Source: Wigglesworthia glossinidia endosymbiont of Glossina brevipalpis
Lineage (GTDB): Bacteria > Pseudomonadota > Gammaproteobacteria > Enterobacterales > Enterobacteriaceae
Reading direction: 5' to 3'
DNA length: 32,000 nt
NCBI GenBank assembly: GCA_000008885.1
Contig: BA000021.3
Coordinates: 300,001-332,000, forward strand
Each line of letters begins with the position of its first letter. Position 1 is the first letter of the stretch. A program made the translations under genes and the position numbers. The notes beneath the pieces are model-generated. The model ran no database searches, was not told where the DNA came from, and saw nothing but the letters and a program-made list of their open reading frames with translations. Shown one piece after another: positions 1 through 11,100 of the stretch.

Positions 1-432
1 AACTAATTGCATCATATCTTTATCGTTAGTAAATATAAAAACTTTCTTTCCTTGTTGTTCTAATTTTATGGACATGGTTCCTATTATATCATCTGATTCT
101 ATTCCATCTATACAAAAAATAGAAAAACCCATAAAGCTAAGAATATTTTTTATAATTGGAATTTGATGCTTTAAATCTTCTGGCATTTTTTTTCTATTTG
201 ATTTATAATTTTTATAGATTTTATTTCTTGATGTATTATGATGTGAATCAAACACTATAGCCACACAGTTTGTGCTGTATAGTCTTAATGTCTTTTTTAT
301 CATTTTAATTATTCCGTATATAGCTCCAACTGATTTTCCTGATATATTTTTTATATTTGGAGCTCCAAAATATGCTTTATAAAGATATATAGATCCATCA
401 ATTAATATTACGAATTTATCTAACTTTTTCAT
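1..432 (-). CDS. polA: DNA polymerase I, N-terminal 5'-3' exonuclease domain (partial; continues beyond the window start)
   Basis: Not in the ORF track because it is truncated. Hand translation from the ATG at 432..430 gives MKKLDKFVILIDGSIYLYKAYFGAPNIK... and ends ...VFIFTNDKDMMQLV at position 1. This matches E. coli PolA (NPLILVDGSSYLYRAYHA ... ISTGDKDMAQLV). Confidence 0.85.
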   Translation of the reverse strand, partial: MKKLDKFVILIDGSIYLYKAYFGAPNIKNISGKSVGAIYGIIKMIKKTLRLYSTNCVAIVFDSHHNTSRNKIYKNYKSNRKKMPEDLKHQIPIIKNILSFMGFSIFCIDGIESDDIIGTMSIKLEQQGKKVFIFTNDKDMMQLV

Positions 433-478
433 ATAAGACATTATTTTTAACAAAAATTTTTAATAAATAAAAAATAAT

Positions 479-1108
479 TTATATACTTTTATTAAGTAAA
501 TATTTAATAATTTCAATATATTTATTAGAATATTCTTCTATTGAAGAAGCATAAATTTTATCATTATTAATTACATAACGTCCGTTAATTACTATCGTGG
601 GAACACTTATTATATTTAATTTTTTTAAAAAGAATTCTTGTTTTTTAATAAAACATTTCACTAAAAAACTATTTTTAGCGTATTCGTATTGTTTTTTAGA
701 AATTCCTAATTTATTGAATACAATAAGTATGTCTTCTTTATTTAAAATTTTTTTGTTGTTTTGAACTTCTTGAAATAAAATATCACTAATTTTGTTCTCT
801 ACATTAAAAAATGTGGAAATGGCCCATATCAAAGACAAATCCACTGATTTAGGGCCAAAAAAGTTGGTATGATATTTTATAATTTTATCATTTTCTGATA
901 TTATATTTCTTATATTTTCATTTATTTTATAAATTGAATTAAATTTATAACAATAAGAACAATAAAAAGAAAAAAACTCTATAATCTTATATTCATCAGA
1001 TATTATGTAATCTAGCTTATAATATTCTTTACCTTCAGAAGGTATTATTTTAGCATGTCCAAATAAAAATCCTGTATATAAAAAAATTATTAATATTAAC
1101 TTTTTCAT
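479..1108 (-). CDS. dsbA: Periplasmic thiol:disulfide oxidoreductase DsbA
   Basis: 209 aa with an N-terminal signal peptide. Thioredoxin-fold motif EFFSFYCSYCYKF (CxxC; E. coli EFFSFFCPHCYQF). C-terminal GVPTIVINGRY resembles E. coli GVPAMFVNGKY. Confidence 0.85.
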   Translation of the reverse strand: MKKLILIIFLYTGFLFGHAKIIPSEGKEYYKLDYIISDEYKIIEFFSFYCSYCYKFNSIYKINENIRNIISENDKIIKYHTNFFGPKSVDLSLIWAISTFFNVENKISDILFQEVQNNKKILNKEDILIVFNKLGISKKQYEYAKNSFLVKCFIKKQEFFLKKLNIISVPTIVINGRYVINNDKIYASSIEEYSNKYIEIIKYLLNKSI

Positions 1109-1146
1109 AAAAATTTAATAATGAAATTTTATTTTTAATAAAAAAT

Positions 1147-1172
1147 TCGCCCCGATTTAAATTTCGGGGCGA
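1147..1172 (-). terminator. Rho-independent terminator downstream of groEL (potentially bidirectional)
   Basis: GC-rich 9-bp stem tcgccccga (1147-1155) / tcggggcga (1164-1172) with an 8-nt loop. T-runs follow on both strands. It lies 49 nt after the groEL stop and is one of the few GC-rich hairpins in the window. Confidence 0.7.
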
Positions 1173-1220
1173 TTTTATATTTTAAATAAATAATGATTCA
1201 ATAATATTTTTATTATTGAA

Positions 1221-2882
<1,662 letters not shown>

Positions 2883-2906
2883 TCAGTTCATATGATTATA
2901 TGCAGA

Positions 2907-3200
2907 TTATTTCTCAACTATAGCCAGAATGTCGCTTTCAGACATGATCAGCACTTCATCATTATCAATTTTTTCTACTTTTACACCGTATCCGTCATTA
3001 AAAATTACTATATCTCCAATTTTTACATCTAAAGGTTTTGTTTCACCATTATCTAAAATACGTCCATTACCTACTGCTAATACTTTGCCTCTTGTAGATT
3101 TTCCTGCAGCAGAACCTGTAAGAACTATTCCTCCTGCAGACTTAGATTCAGCTTCTTTTCGCTTAATGATAACGCGATCATGTAGTGGGCGAATTTTCAT
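2907..3200 (-). CDS. groES: Co-chaperonin GroES (Hsp10)
   Basis: 97 aa. [49 protein letters not shown]... matches E. coli GroES along its full length. SD GGGGGAG lies upstream of the ATG. Confidence 0.98.
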   Translation of the reverse strand: MKIRPLHDRVIIKRKEAESKSAGGIVLTGSAAGKSTRGKVLAVGNGRILDNGETKPLDVKIGDIVIFNDGYGVKVEKIDNDEVLIMSESDILAIVEK

Positions 3201-3336
3201 TTAATAGCTCCCCCTTGAGAAAGAAAGTCCGTATTAATTTTAAATTAAAATCCAAAAACATATTTGTATCAACAATTATTAATTTATAAAGTTAATAATA
3301 CATTGTTAAAAATAGATTTTGGCGTTAGTGATACCT

Positions 3337-3368
3337 AAATGGGGGTTATTTAACAAACCTTCAAGGGG
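3337..3368 (-). promoter_or_regulatory. Sigma-32 (RpoH) heat-shock promoter of groES-groEL
   Basis: The minus strand reads CCCCTTGAAGG-tttgttaaataa-CCCCCATTT. The -35 CTTGAA is at 3365..3360 and the -10 CCCCCATTT at 3345..3337, with a 14-nt gap between CTTGAA and the C-run. This matches the sigma-32 consensus CTTGAAA-N13-14-CCCCATnT and the E. coli groE promoter. It lies about 135 nt upstream of the groES ATG. Confidence 0.75.
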
Positions 3369-3483
3369 TATGCAAAAAAAATCATTTATATGACAGGAAA
3401 AAAATTTCTATTTTAGTTTAATATTAATGCTAATTGTATTTTAGTATATGTATTTTTAAAAAAAATAAATTAATTAAATTAAA

Positions 3484-3514
3484 ATCTGCCTTCAAATTAC
3501 AATTGAAAGCAGAT
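3484..3514 (-). terminator. Rho-independent terminator of the 68-aa zinc-ribbon ORF
   Basis: Arms atctgccttcaa (3484-3495) and ttgaaagcagat (3503-3514) form a 12-bp stem with one mismatch and a 7-nt loop. The hairpin begins 23 nt after the ORF stop on the minus strand and is followed there by a T-rich run. Confidence 0.6.
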
Positions 3515-3536
3515 GTTGTATAAAAATAATTTGAAT

Positions 3537-3743
3537 TTAAGAATCAACTTTTCTTTGACGCTCAAAGTATTTTCTTTTTTCCCAATCTTCTCTACACTCT
3601 ACGCAACAAAAGTTTCCTGATGTTGATTCATCACAATTGTAACATTTTCCATTTATTGGCAATGTATAAGCTTGATGTCTAGACAAAGAATATTGACGAA
3701 ATTCTTCTTCGCTTTGACTTGCCAAATCTACTTCATCAGTCAT
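3537..3743 (-). CDS. Small TraR/DksA-family-like C4 zinc-ribbon protein (68 aa); putative RNA polymerase secondary-channel factor
   Basis: N-terminus MTDEVDLA contains DxxDxA (the DksA tip motif PVDRAAQEEEF resembles VDLASQSEEEF here). Cys pairs are CYNC (34/37) and CVEC (48/51). The tail CVEC...ERQRK resembles the F-plasmid TraR tail CVECQAYQERQRK as I recall it. SD GGAG is 6 nt before the ATG and a terminator hairpin follows downstream. G+C is clearly above the flanking spacers. Confidence 0.6.
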   Translation of the reverse strand: MTDEVDLASQSEEEFRQYSLSRHQAYTLPINGKCYNCDESTSGNFCCVECREDWEKRKYFERQRKVDS

Positions 3744-3830
3744 ATGTTTCTCCGTGTTAAATTATTAACAATTCACAAATAATTAACATTATGGAATTAA
3801 ATTTTATTTTCAATAATAAATAAAATTCTG

Positions 3831-3858
3831 TTTTAAAAATTAAATTTAATTTTTAAAA
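3831..3858. repeat. 28-nt perfect A/T-only palindrome in the spacer between the 68-aa ORF and rplI
   Basis: ttttaaaaattaaa (3831-3844) is the exact reverse complement of tttaatttttaaaa (3845-3858), with no spacer. Confidence 0.8.
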
Positions 3859-4073
3859 TTTTTTAATTTTTATAAAAGAAAATTATTTTTATTTTAATTT
3901 TTTTAATAAAAAATATATTTTTAAAACATTAATAATATTAAAAATATTTTTTAAATTTCACTAATATTTTATTTTAATAAATTTTAATAATTATTTATAA
4001 TTTGTAGAAATTTTTTAAAAAAATTTTTAGCAAAATAAATAAAATTATATTTATAATGTATTTATTTTATAGG

Positions 4074-4526
4074 TTAAATGTTATTTTTTAAAATAACACA
4101 TATTTCTGTACACATGTTGCTTTTAACTTTAATTTTTATGTTATGTTTGCCTATTGTTTTTAAAGGTCCATTCGTTAATTTTATTTCATTTTTCATTATA
4201 CGAATTCCTCGCTCCTTTATTTTTTCTATAATATGATTAGCTCCAATCGAACCAAAAAGTTTACCTTTTGATCCTGCTTTACAATAAATTTCTATTTCTT
4301 TTAAAGATTTTATATTTCTAAATCTTTCTTTTAACTTAAAGTTTTCATATTTTGATTGCTCTTCTAATATTTTTCTTTTTTTTTCAAAAAATTTTAAATT
4401 TTTTTCTGATGCTATAATAGCTATTTTTTTAGGAAATAAAAAATTTCTAGCATATCCTGCTTTAACTTTGATCTTATCTCCAATATTTCCTTTATTAATA
4501 ATTTTTTTTAATAAAATAATTTGCAT
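4074..4526 (-). CDS. rplI: 50S ribosomal protein L9
   Basis: 150 aa. [32 protein letters not shown]... matches E. coli L9 ([32 protein letters not shown]), and KLFGSIG is conserved. It sits in the rpsF-rpsR-rplI order. Confidence 0.95.
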   Translation of the reverse strand: [150 protein letters not shown]

Positions 4527-4568
4527 TTTTATATAGCCTAATTAAAATATACTTTTAATAAATTTTAT

Positions 4569-4796
4569 TTAACGATGATGATCTGTGTACGGCAACAAAG
4601 ATAAATAACGTGCTCTTTTTACCGCTCTAGATAATTGCCTTTGATATCTAGCTCGAGTTCCAGTTATTCTGCTTGGTACTATTTTTCCATTTTCCGTAAT
4701 ATAATTTTTTAACAAAATTATATCTTTATAATCTATATTATTTATTTTTTCTAAAGTAAATCTACAAAATTTACGTCTTCTAAAATTGCGTATCAT
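4569..4796 (-). CDS. rpsR: 30S ribosomal protein S18
   Basis: 75 aa. RRRKFCRFT...[46 protein letters not shown] is almost identical to E. coli S18. Confidence 0.97.
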   Translation of the reverse strand: MIRNFRRRKFCRFTLEKINNIDYKDIILLKNYITENGKIVPSRITGTRARYQRQLSRAVKRARYLSLLPYTDHHR

Positions 4797-4914
4797 AAAT
4801 TTTTTCTCTATATTTTTAAAATTATTTTTACAAATTAACCTTTTTAATATTAAAATTAACTTATAAGAATATTATATAATTTTTTGTTAATTAAAGTTAA
4901 AATTTTTATTTTTT

Positions 4915-5256
4915 TTAATTATTTAATTCTTTATTTTCCTTCGTTTTTTTCATTGGAGAAGGTTCGTTTATGGCGTTTTTTACTCTCATTATCATATTTC
5001 TTATTATAAAGTTATTCAAATTTAAATCTTGTATTATATTGTTTAATACTTTTGTAGAAGTTTCAATATTCATAAGAATATAGTGAGCTTTATTTAACTT
5101 TTTGATTGGATATGCTAGTTGTCTTCTTCCCCAATCTTCTAATCTATGTATTGACCCTTTATTGATTTTAATCATTTTAGTATAATGTTCTATAATATTA
5201 GAAATTTGATCGCTTTGATCAGTATGTATCATAAGAACTATTTCGTAATGACGCAT
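4915..5256 (-). CDS. rpsF: 30S ribosomal protein S6
   Basis: 113 aa. [17 protein letters not shown]...[28 protein letters not shown] matches E. coli S6. The acidic C-terminal tail is absent. Confidence 0.95.
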   Translation of the reverse strand: MRHYEIVLMIHTDQSDQISNIIEHYTKMIKINKGSIHRLEDWGRRQLAYPIKKLNKAHYILMNIETSTKVLNNIIQDLNLNNFIIRNMIMRVKNAINEPSPMKKTKENKELNN

Positions 5257-5689
5257 ATTTTCTCCAAATAAATTTTATTAATAAAATTAATAATATTTAA
5301 TTTTTAATAAAATAAAAAACTAATTCTATGAAATTATATTTCATGAAAATTTTAATTAACTTTTACAACATCAATAAAAATATTGATGTTTGATTTAAAT
5401 GCGAAATATTAATTTTTAATTTTTTAAACAAATAATAGATTATATGTAATAATATATTTTAAAAAAAATAGTAAGAAATTAAATTTTATGAAATAAAATT
5501 TTTCGTTTAGCATAAATAAATATATTATTTTTAGTCTAAAAAATTTTAAAAATATGATTTTAACATACTATTTTATAATAAAATTTTTTATTTTATTTAA
5601 AAATTAAAAATTTTAAAAGTGTAATGTAATTTTAATTTATAAAATATATTATTATTAATATTTAAAAATTAATCAAGGAGAATAAATTT

Positions 5690-7090
5690 GTGAAGTCCGT
5701 TTCGATAATAGATATTATAGAAAAAAAAATTTTTAAAAAAAAATTAGTAGAAATAAATGGTTGGGTAAGAACAAAAAGAAATTCTAAATTAGGAATTTCT
5801 TTTGTTGATGTATATGATGGATCTTGTTTGCAGCATATACAAGTTATAGCAAAAAAAGATTTATCAAATTATAAATCAGATATTTTAAGATTAACTTCTG
5901 GATGTTCAGTAAAAATATTTGGAGTTTTGAAAAAATCTTTAAAAAATTCAAAAATTTATGAACTACATGCAACATGCATAAAAGTATTGGGATGGATTAA
6001 AGATCCAGGTAAATACCCTATTTCTTCAAAACCTCATACTTTAGAATATTTAAGAAGCTTTTCTCACTTGAGGCCTAGAACTAATATAATAGGATCAGTA
6101 TCTAGAATAAGAAATATTATTTTTCAAGAAGTTCATAATTTTTTAAATAAAAAAGGTTTTATTTGGGTTCCTTCTCCAATTATTACTTCTTTAAATACAG
6201 AAGGAAGCGGAGAAATGTTTAAAGTATCCACTTTTGATTTTAAAAAAATTCCTCTTAATAAAAACAAATTAATAAATTACAGAAAAGATTTCTTTGGAAA
6301 AAGAACATTTTTGACAGTTTCTGGTCAATTGCACATAGAAAGTTATGCTTGTTCTTTGTCTAAAGTATATACATTTGGACCAACTTTTAGAGCTGAAAAT
6401 TCAAATACTAGCAGGCATTTAGCAGAATTTTGGATGGTTGAAATAGAAATAGCATTTGCTAAATTAAATGATATTATTTTATTAGCATATAACTTGCTAA
6501 GTAATATATTTAAAAAAGTTTTAAATAAATGTTTAAATGATTTAATTTTTTTGGAAAAAAAATTAAATATAAATATTATTAAAAAATTAAAAAATTTTAT
6601 TGAAAAAAAATTAATAGAAGTTGAATATTGTGAAGCAATAAGAATTTTAAAAAATTGTGAAAAAAATTTTAGAATACAATTAAAATGGGGCATGGATTTA
6701 TCTTCAGAGCATGAACGTTATTTATCTGATTTATACTATAAATCACATATAGTTATTAAGAACTATCCAAAAGAAATAAAAGCGTTTTATATGAGGTTGA
6801 ATAAAGATAAAAAAACTGTAGCTGCAGCAGATATTTTACTTCCAGGAATTGGAGAAATAATAGGTGGTTCTGAAAGAGAAGATAGATTGGAATACTTAGA
6901 TTCAATGATAAAAGAAAAAAGACTTATTCATAAAAATTATGAATGGTATAGAGATCTAAGAAAATATGGGACAGTTCCACATTCTGGTTTTGGTTTAGGA
7001 ATAGAAAGACTAATATCATATGTTACTGGATTAAAAAACATAAGAGATGTTATTCCTTTCCCTAGAAGTTCAAAAAATGCATCATTTTAA
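5690..7090 (+). CDS. asnS: Asparagine--tRNA ligase
   Basis: 466 aa, the same length as E. coli AsnS. Conserved blocks include FGPTFRAENSNTSRHLAEFWM, GGSEREDR and YGTVPHSGFGLGIERL..YVTG..N.RDVIPFPR. GTG start at 5690 with SD AAGGAG at 5675-5680. Confidence 0.97.
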   Translation: MKSVSIIDIIEKKIFKKKLVEINGWVRTKRNSKLGISFVDVYDGSCLQHIQVIAKKDLSNYKSDILRLTSGCSVKIFGVLKKSLKNSKIYELHATCIKVLGWIKDPGKYPISSKPHTLEYLRSFSHLRPRTNIIGSVSRIRNIIFQEVHNFLNKKGFIWVPSPIITSLNTEGSGEMFKVSTFDFKKIPLNKNKLINYRKDFFGKRTFLTVSGQLHIESYACSLSKVYTFGPTFRAENSNTSRHLAEFWMVEIEIAFAKLNDIILLAYNLLSNIFKKVLNKCLNDLIFLEKKLNINIIKKLKNFIEKKLIEVEYCEAIRILKNCEKNFRIQLKWGMDLSSEHERYLSDLYYKSHIVIKNYPKEIKAFYMRLNKDKKTVAAADILLPGIGEIIGGSEREDRLEYLDSMIKEKRLIHKNYEWYRDLRKYGTVPHSGFGLGIERLISYVTGLKNIRDVIPFPRSSKNASF

Positions 7091-7582
7091 ATTAATTTAT
7101 AATATTATAATAAATAATAAAAATTTATTTTATTTATTTTTTATTTTAATTAAAATTATCATTTTTTAATGTAATCATCTGTTATATTATAAATTTTTTT
7201 AATAAAAATAAATAATTTAATATTTTTATAAAATATATTTTTTAATTTAAAATTAAATCAATAAAGTTGTATTTTTCTTTTTAAAAATTTTTTAAAAATA
7301 TTTATTTAACAAATCTTATTGCAATGTATAAATAAATATAATAAAATTTTTTTTATTTCAAAATAAATATATAACTTAAAAAAATTTAATTAAATAAAAA
7401 ATTAAAATATTTATTATTAAACATATATTTTTTTATCATTTTATAATATATATTTAATAAGTAAAATTTTAAATTAATGTAATTAACTAAAAATTATTTA
7501 TTTTAAAATAATCAATATAAAATTCTGATAATTTACTTGGGTAAATAATTTAAAATAGAATTTTTCTAAAAATAAAAATTTT

Positions 7583-8074
7583 ATGTTGAATATAATAGAA
7601 AATTGTTGGATATCTATAGGAAGCAATTTAAAAAATCCTAAAGAACAGGCAAATTTAGCATTAAAACATATAAATAAAATTCCTTTTACTAATATTTTAT
7701 CTTGTTCTTCTTATTATAGAAGCAAACCACTTGGAATAACAAGTCAACCAGATTTTCTTAATGCAGTAATTAAAATATCTACAAAATTATATCCTTATGA
7801 ATTGTTAAAGCATATTAAAATAATAGAAAAAAAACAAAAAAGAAAAAATAATGAAATTAAATGGGGTCCTAGATCTTTAGATTTAGATATATTATTATTT
7901 GGAAATAAATATTTTTATTCATCTGATTTAATTATACCTCATTACGATCTATATAATAGATGTTTTTTCCTTTATCCATTAATGGAAATATCTCCTAATT
8001 TAAAATTTCCAGATGGAAGCTCTCTTATTAGCAAATTAAAAAAAATAAAATGTAAAAAATTACCAATTTGGTGA
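7583..8074 (+). CDS. folK: 2-amino-4-hydroxy-6-hydroxymethyldihydropteridine pyrophosphokinase (HPPK)
   Basis: 163 aa. ISIGSNL..P.EQ, SSYYRSKPLG...QPDFLNAV, WGPRSLDLDILLFG and IPHYD...R.F.LYPL.EI.P...FPDG match E. coli FolK motifs. Confidence 0.93.
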   Translation: MLNIIENCWISIGSNLKNPKEQANLALKHINKIPFTNILSCSSYYRSKPLGITSQPDFLNAVIKISTKLYPYELLKHIKIIEKKQKRKNNEIKWGPRSLDLDILLFGNKYFYSSDLIIPHYDLYNRCFFLYPLMEISPNLKFPDGSSLISKLKKIKCKKLPIW

Positions 8075-8130
8075 ATTTAAAATTTCTTTTCAAATAAAAA
8101 AATAATATTTGTAATTTAAAAATTAAAAAG

Positions 8131-11100
8131 ATGATTTATATATATCAATCTAATCAAATTGATCTTATACAAAAAATATTATCAAAAATATTAAAGAATT
8201 TCCCTATAAATAACCCTATGAAAAAAGAAATAATAATTACTAGTAGTTCAAATATTTCTGAATGGTTAAAATTAAATATTACTTTAAATATAAATATTTT
8301 AGCTAATGTAGAATTTATATCTCTTAATAGTTTTATTTGGAAATTAGTTATATTAACAACAAAAAATGTTCCATTTGATAATTTTGCATTTAGATTAATG
8401 CTTTCTTGGTATATTGCTCAAATAATTCCAAAAATAAATAAAAATATTAAAATAAAAAACGTTTATAAAAATTTAAATCAATTTCAAATATTTTATTTAT
8501 CATATAAATTATCTGAATTATATAATAAATATTTAATATTCAAACCTGATTGGATTGATTTATTAAATTTTAAAAAAAAATCTAAAAAATTAGAGGATTC
8601 TCAATATTTTCAACTAATTATATGGAATTTATTAGTAAAAAAAATAAAAAAAGAAAAAGATTTTTGTATTTCTAGCATATATGAATCGTGTATACAAAAA
8701 ATAGAAAAATCAAATCTTATTTTTGAAGATATTGCTGATAGAATTTTTATATTTGGAATATATTATATTCCTGAAATTTATTTAAAAATTTTAAAAACAT
8801 TGAGTAAAAAAATCGATATACATTTATTTTGTATAAATCCATGTTGTTTATATTGGTTTGATATTGATAATAGATTTTATATCTCAAATCTAATCGAAAA
8901 TAAAATTAAAAATAAAAAAAATTTTTTTAGAAAAAAAATAAAAATTTCTTTATTATCATTTTGGGGTTGTCTGGGGGCAAAATATTTAAAATTATTAAAT
9001 AATTTAAATGAAAACATAGAAAATAAAATTTTTTATAAACCAAAAAAAGATAATTTGCTGCATACTATTCAAAATGATATTTTATATAATAAATATTATA
9101 ATATAATTATATCAAAAAAGTTTAATAAATTTGAAAAAAAAAATTTACGCGTTTTAAATTCAAAAGATAATTCTATCACAATTCATACTTGTAAAAATAA
9201 ATATGAAGAAATAAATTCTCTTTATAACTTCATAGTAAAAATTACTAAAGATAATAAAAAAATTTGTTTTAAAGATATTTTAGTAATGGCGTCAAATATA
9301 GAAGACTATTCTTCATACATTAACTCTATTTTTAATAATATTAATTACAAAATAAATTATTTTATTTCAGATATTAAAATATATGAAAGATTCAATATTA
9401 TTTCTGCTATATTTAACATATTAAAGTTACCAAAATTTAAATTTTCTATAGAACAAATTTTTTATCTATTAGAATTTTCATCTATTTCTAATAAGTTTAA
9501 AATGAAAGAAGATGAAATTAAGATGTTAAAATATTTAGTTATTAATTTAGGAGTTCAATGGGGTATAAGTAATAAAAGATTTAAAAAATGTAATGCTAAT
9601 TTTGAAGAAAAATACTCTTGGAATAATATAATAAAAAAAACGGTATCAGAATATTATACAAGAATAAACAATAAAGTTTACTTTAAATATATATACTCTA
9701 ATGATTTAGATGAAAAAAAGATTAATTCTCTAATAAAATTAGAAAATTTTATTTCTAAATTGAATTATTGGTATGACTATTTATCTCAACCTCATTTATT
9801 ATACGAATGGAATGATGTTATAAAAAAAATAATAAAAAATTTTTTTGATCCAGATAAAAAAGAAAATTATGTTTTAGATTTATTAAAAAAAAATTGGAAT
9901 GATATTATTTTTCAAGGAATAAACACGAAATACAAAAAAACGATTTATATTGAAACATTAGAAAATATCTTGTATAAAAGATTTAAGAAAGAAAATTTTT
10001 TTAAAAAAAATAAGTTTAATTCAATACATTTTTGTAATTTAAAATTATCAAAAATAATACCAAGCAAAATTATTTGTTTGTTAGGAATTAATGATGGAAC
10101 TTATCCTAGGCAAGACATAAATTACAATTTTGATTCAATTTATAAAAATTTAAAAAACGATGATAAAAATATAAGACAAGAAGATTTATATTCTTTCTTA
10201 ATTATTTTGTTATCTTCAAAAGAACATCTTTATATAAGTTTTATTAAAAATTATATTAATGAAGAAAGATCAAAATATATTTCTATAATAATAAATGAAT
10301 TAATAGAATATATTTCTGTAAGTTTTTATATCAAAAATTGCAAATCATATAATTTTTTAGAAAATATTAATAATATAAAAAAAATTTTATTTAAAAAATA
10401 TAATAACTTTTATTTTTTTAGAAAAGAAAAAATAGAAATTTTTAATAAAAAATATTTTTTAAATAACATAAATATAAATTCAGATAAAAAAATTTTTTCT
10501 AAGATATCAATAAACGAATTTTTTTTATTTTATTCTAATCCTATTAAATTTTGGTGTAAAAAAAAATTAAAAATTAATTTCAGTAAAGAACATCTTTATA
10601 AAGATAATGAATTTATTTTAAAAAATAAATTTAATAGCTATAGAATAAATATAATATTATTTGAATATTTAATTAAAAATAAATATTTAAATAAAAAAGA
10701 TTTATTAAAAAATACAATTAAATATTTTTTTGATGGGGTTTTTGAAGAAATTATTATAGAAAAAAAATATTATCAAATAATAAAATTAATAAATAATATA
10801 AATAAACATTTATTAATGAAAAAAGAAACAAAAAAAGTTTTTTTTAAATTAGATCGTACAATAATATTTGGGTGGTTGCCTAATTTACAAAATTCCGGAT
10901 TATTAAGATGGAATCCTAAAAATTTATCTTTGCAAGATGGATTTCTGTTTTGGATAGAACATTTGATTTATTGTATCATAGGAGGAAAAGGAGATAGCAT
11001 TTTTTTAGGGATAGAATCATATTGGCATTTTAAGAATATAAATTACAAAAAAGCAAAACACTTTTTTAAAAAACTCTTGGTTGGGTATGAATTAGGAATT

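Noticed and set aside
3766-3830. TTGAAA-N16-TAATGT as a promoter for the 68-aa ORF
   Set aside because: The -10 matches only 3 of 6 positions, and such hexamers are ubiquitous in DNA this A/T-rich. Support is too weak to annotate.
6343-6693. 116-aa minus-strand ORF inside asnS, plus similar antisense ORFs at 14241..14426, 20464..20760, 21999..22181, 22657..22839, 22832..23044, 24446..24634, 27691..27966 and 28111..28422
   Set aside because: Each is fully embedded antisense within a confidently identified gene (asnS, recB, yigB, uvrD, tpiA, hslU). They are Phe/Ile/Lys-rich or Ser/Thr-rich shadow frames with no recognisable motifs.
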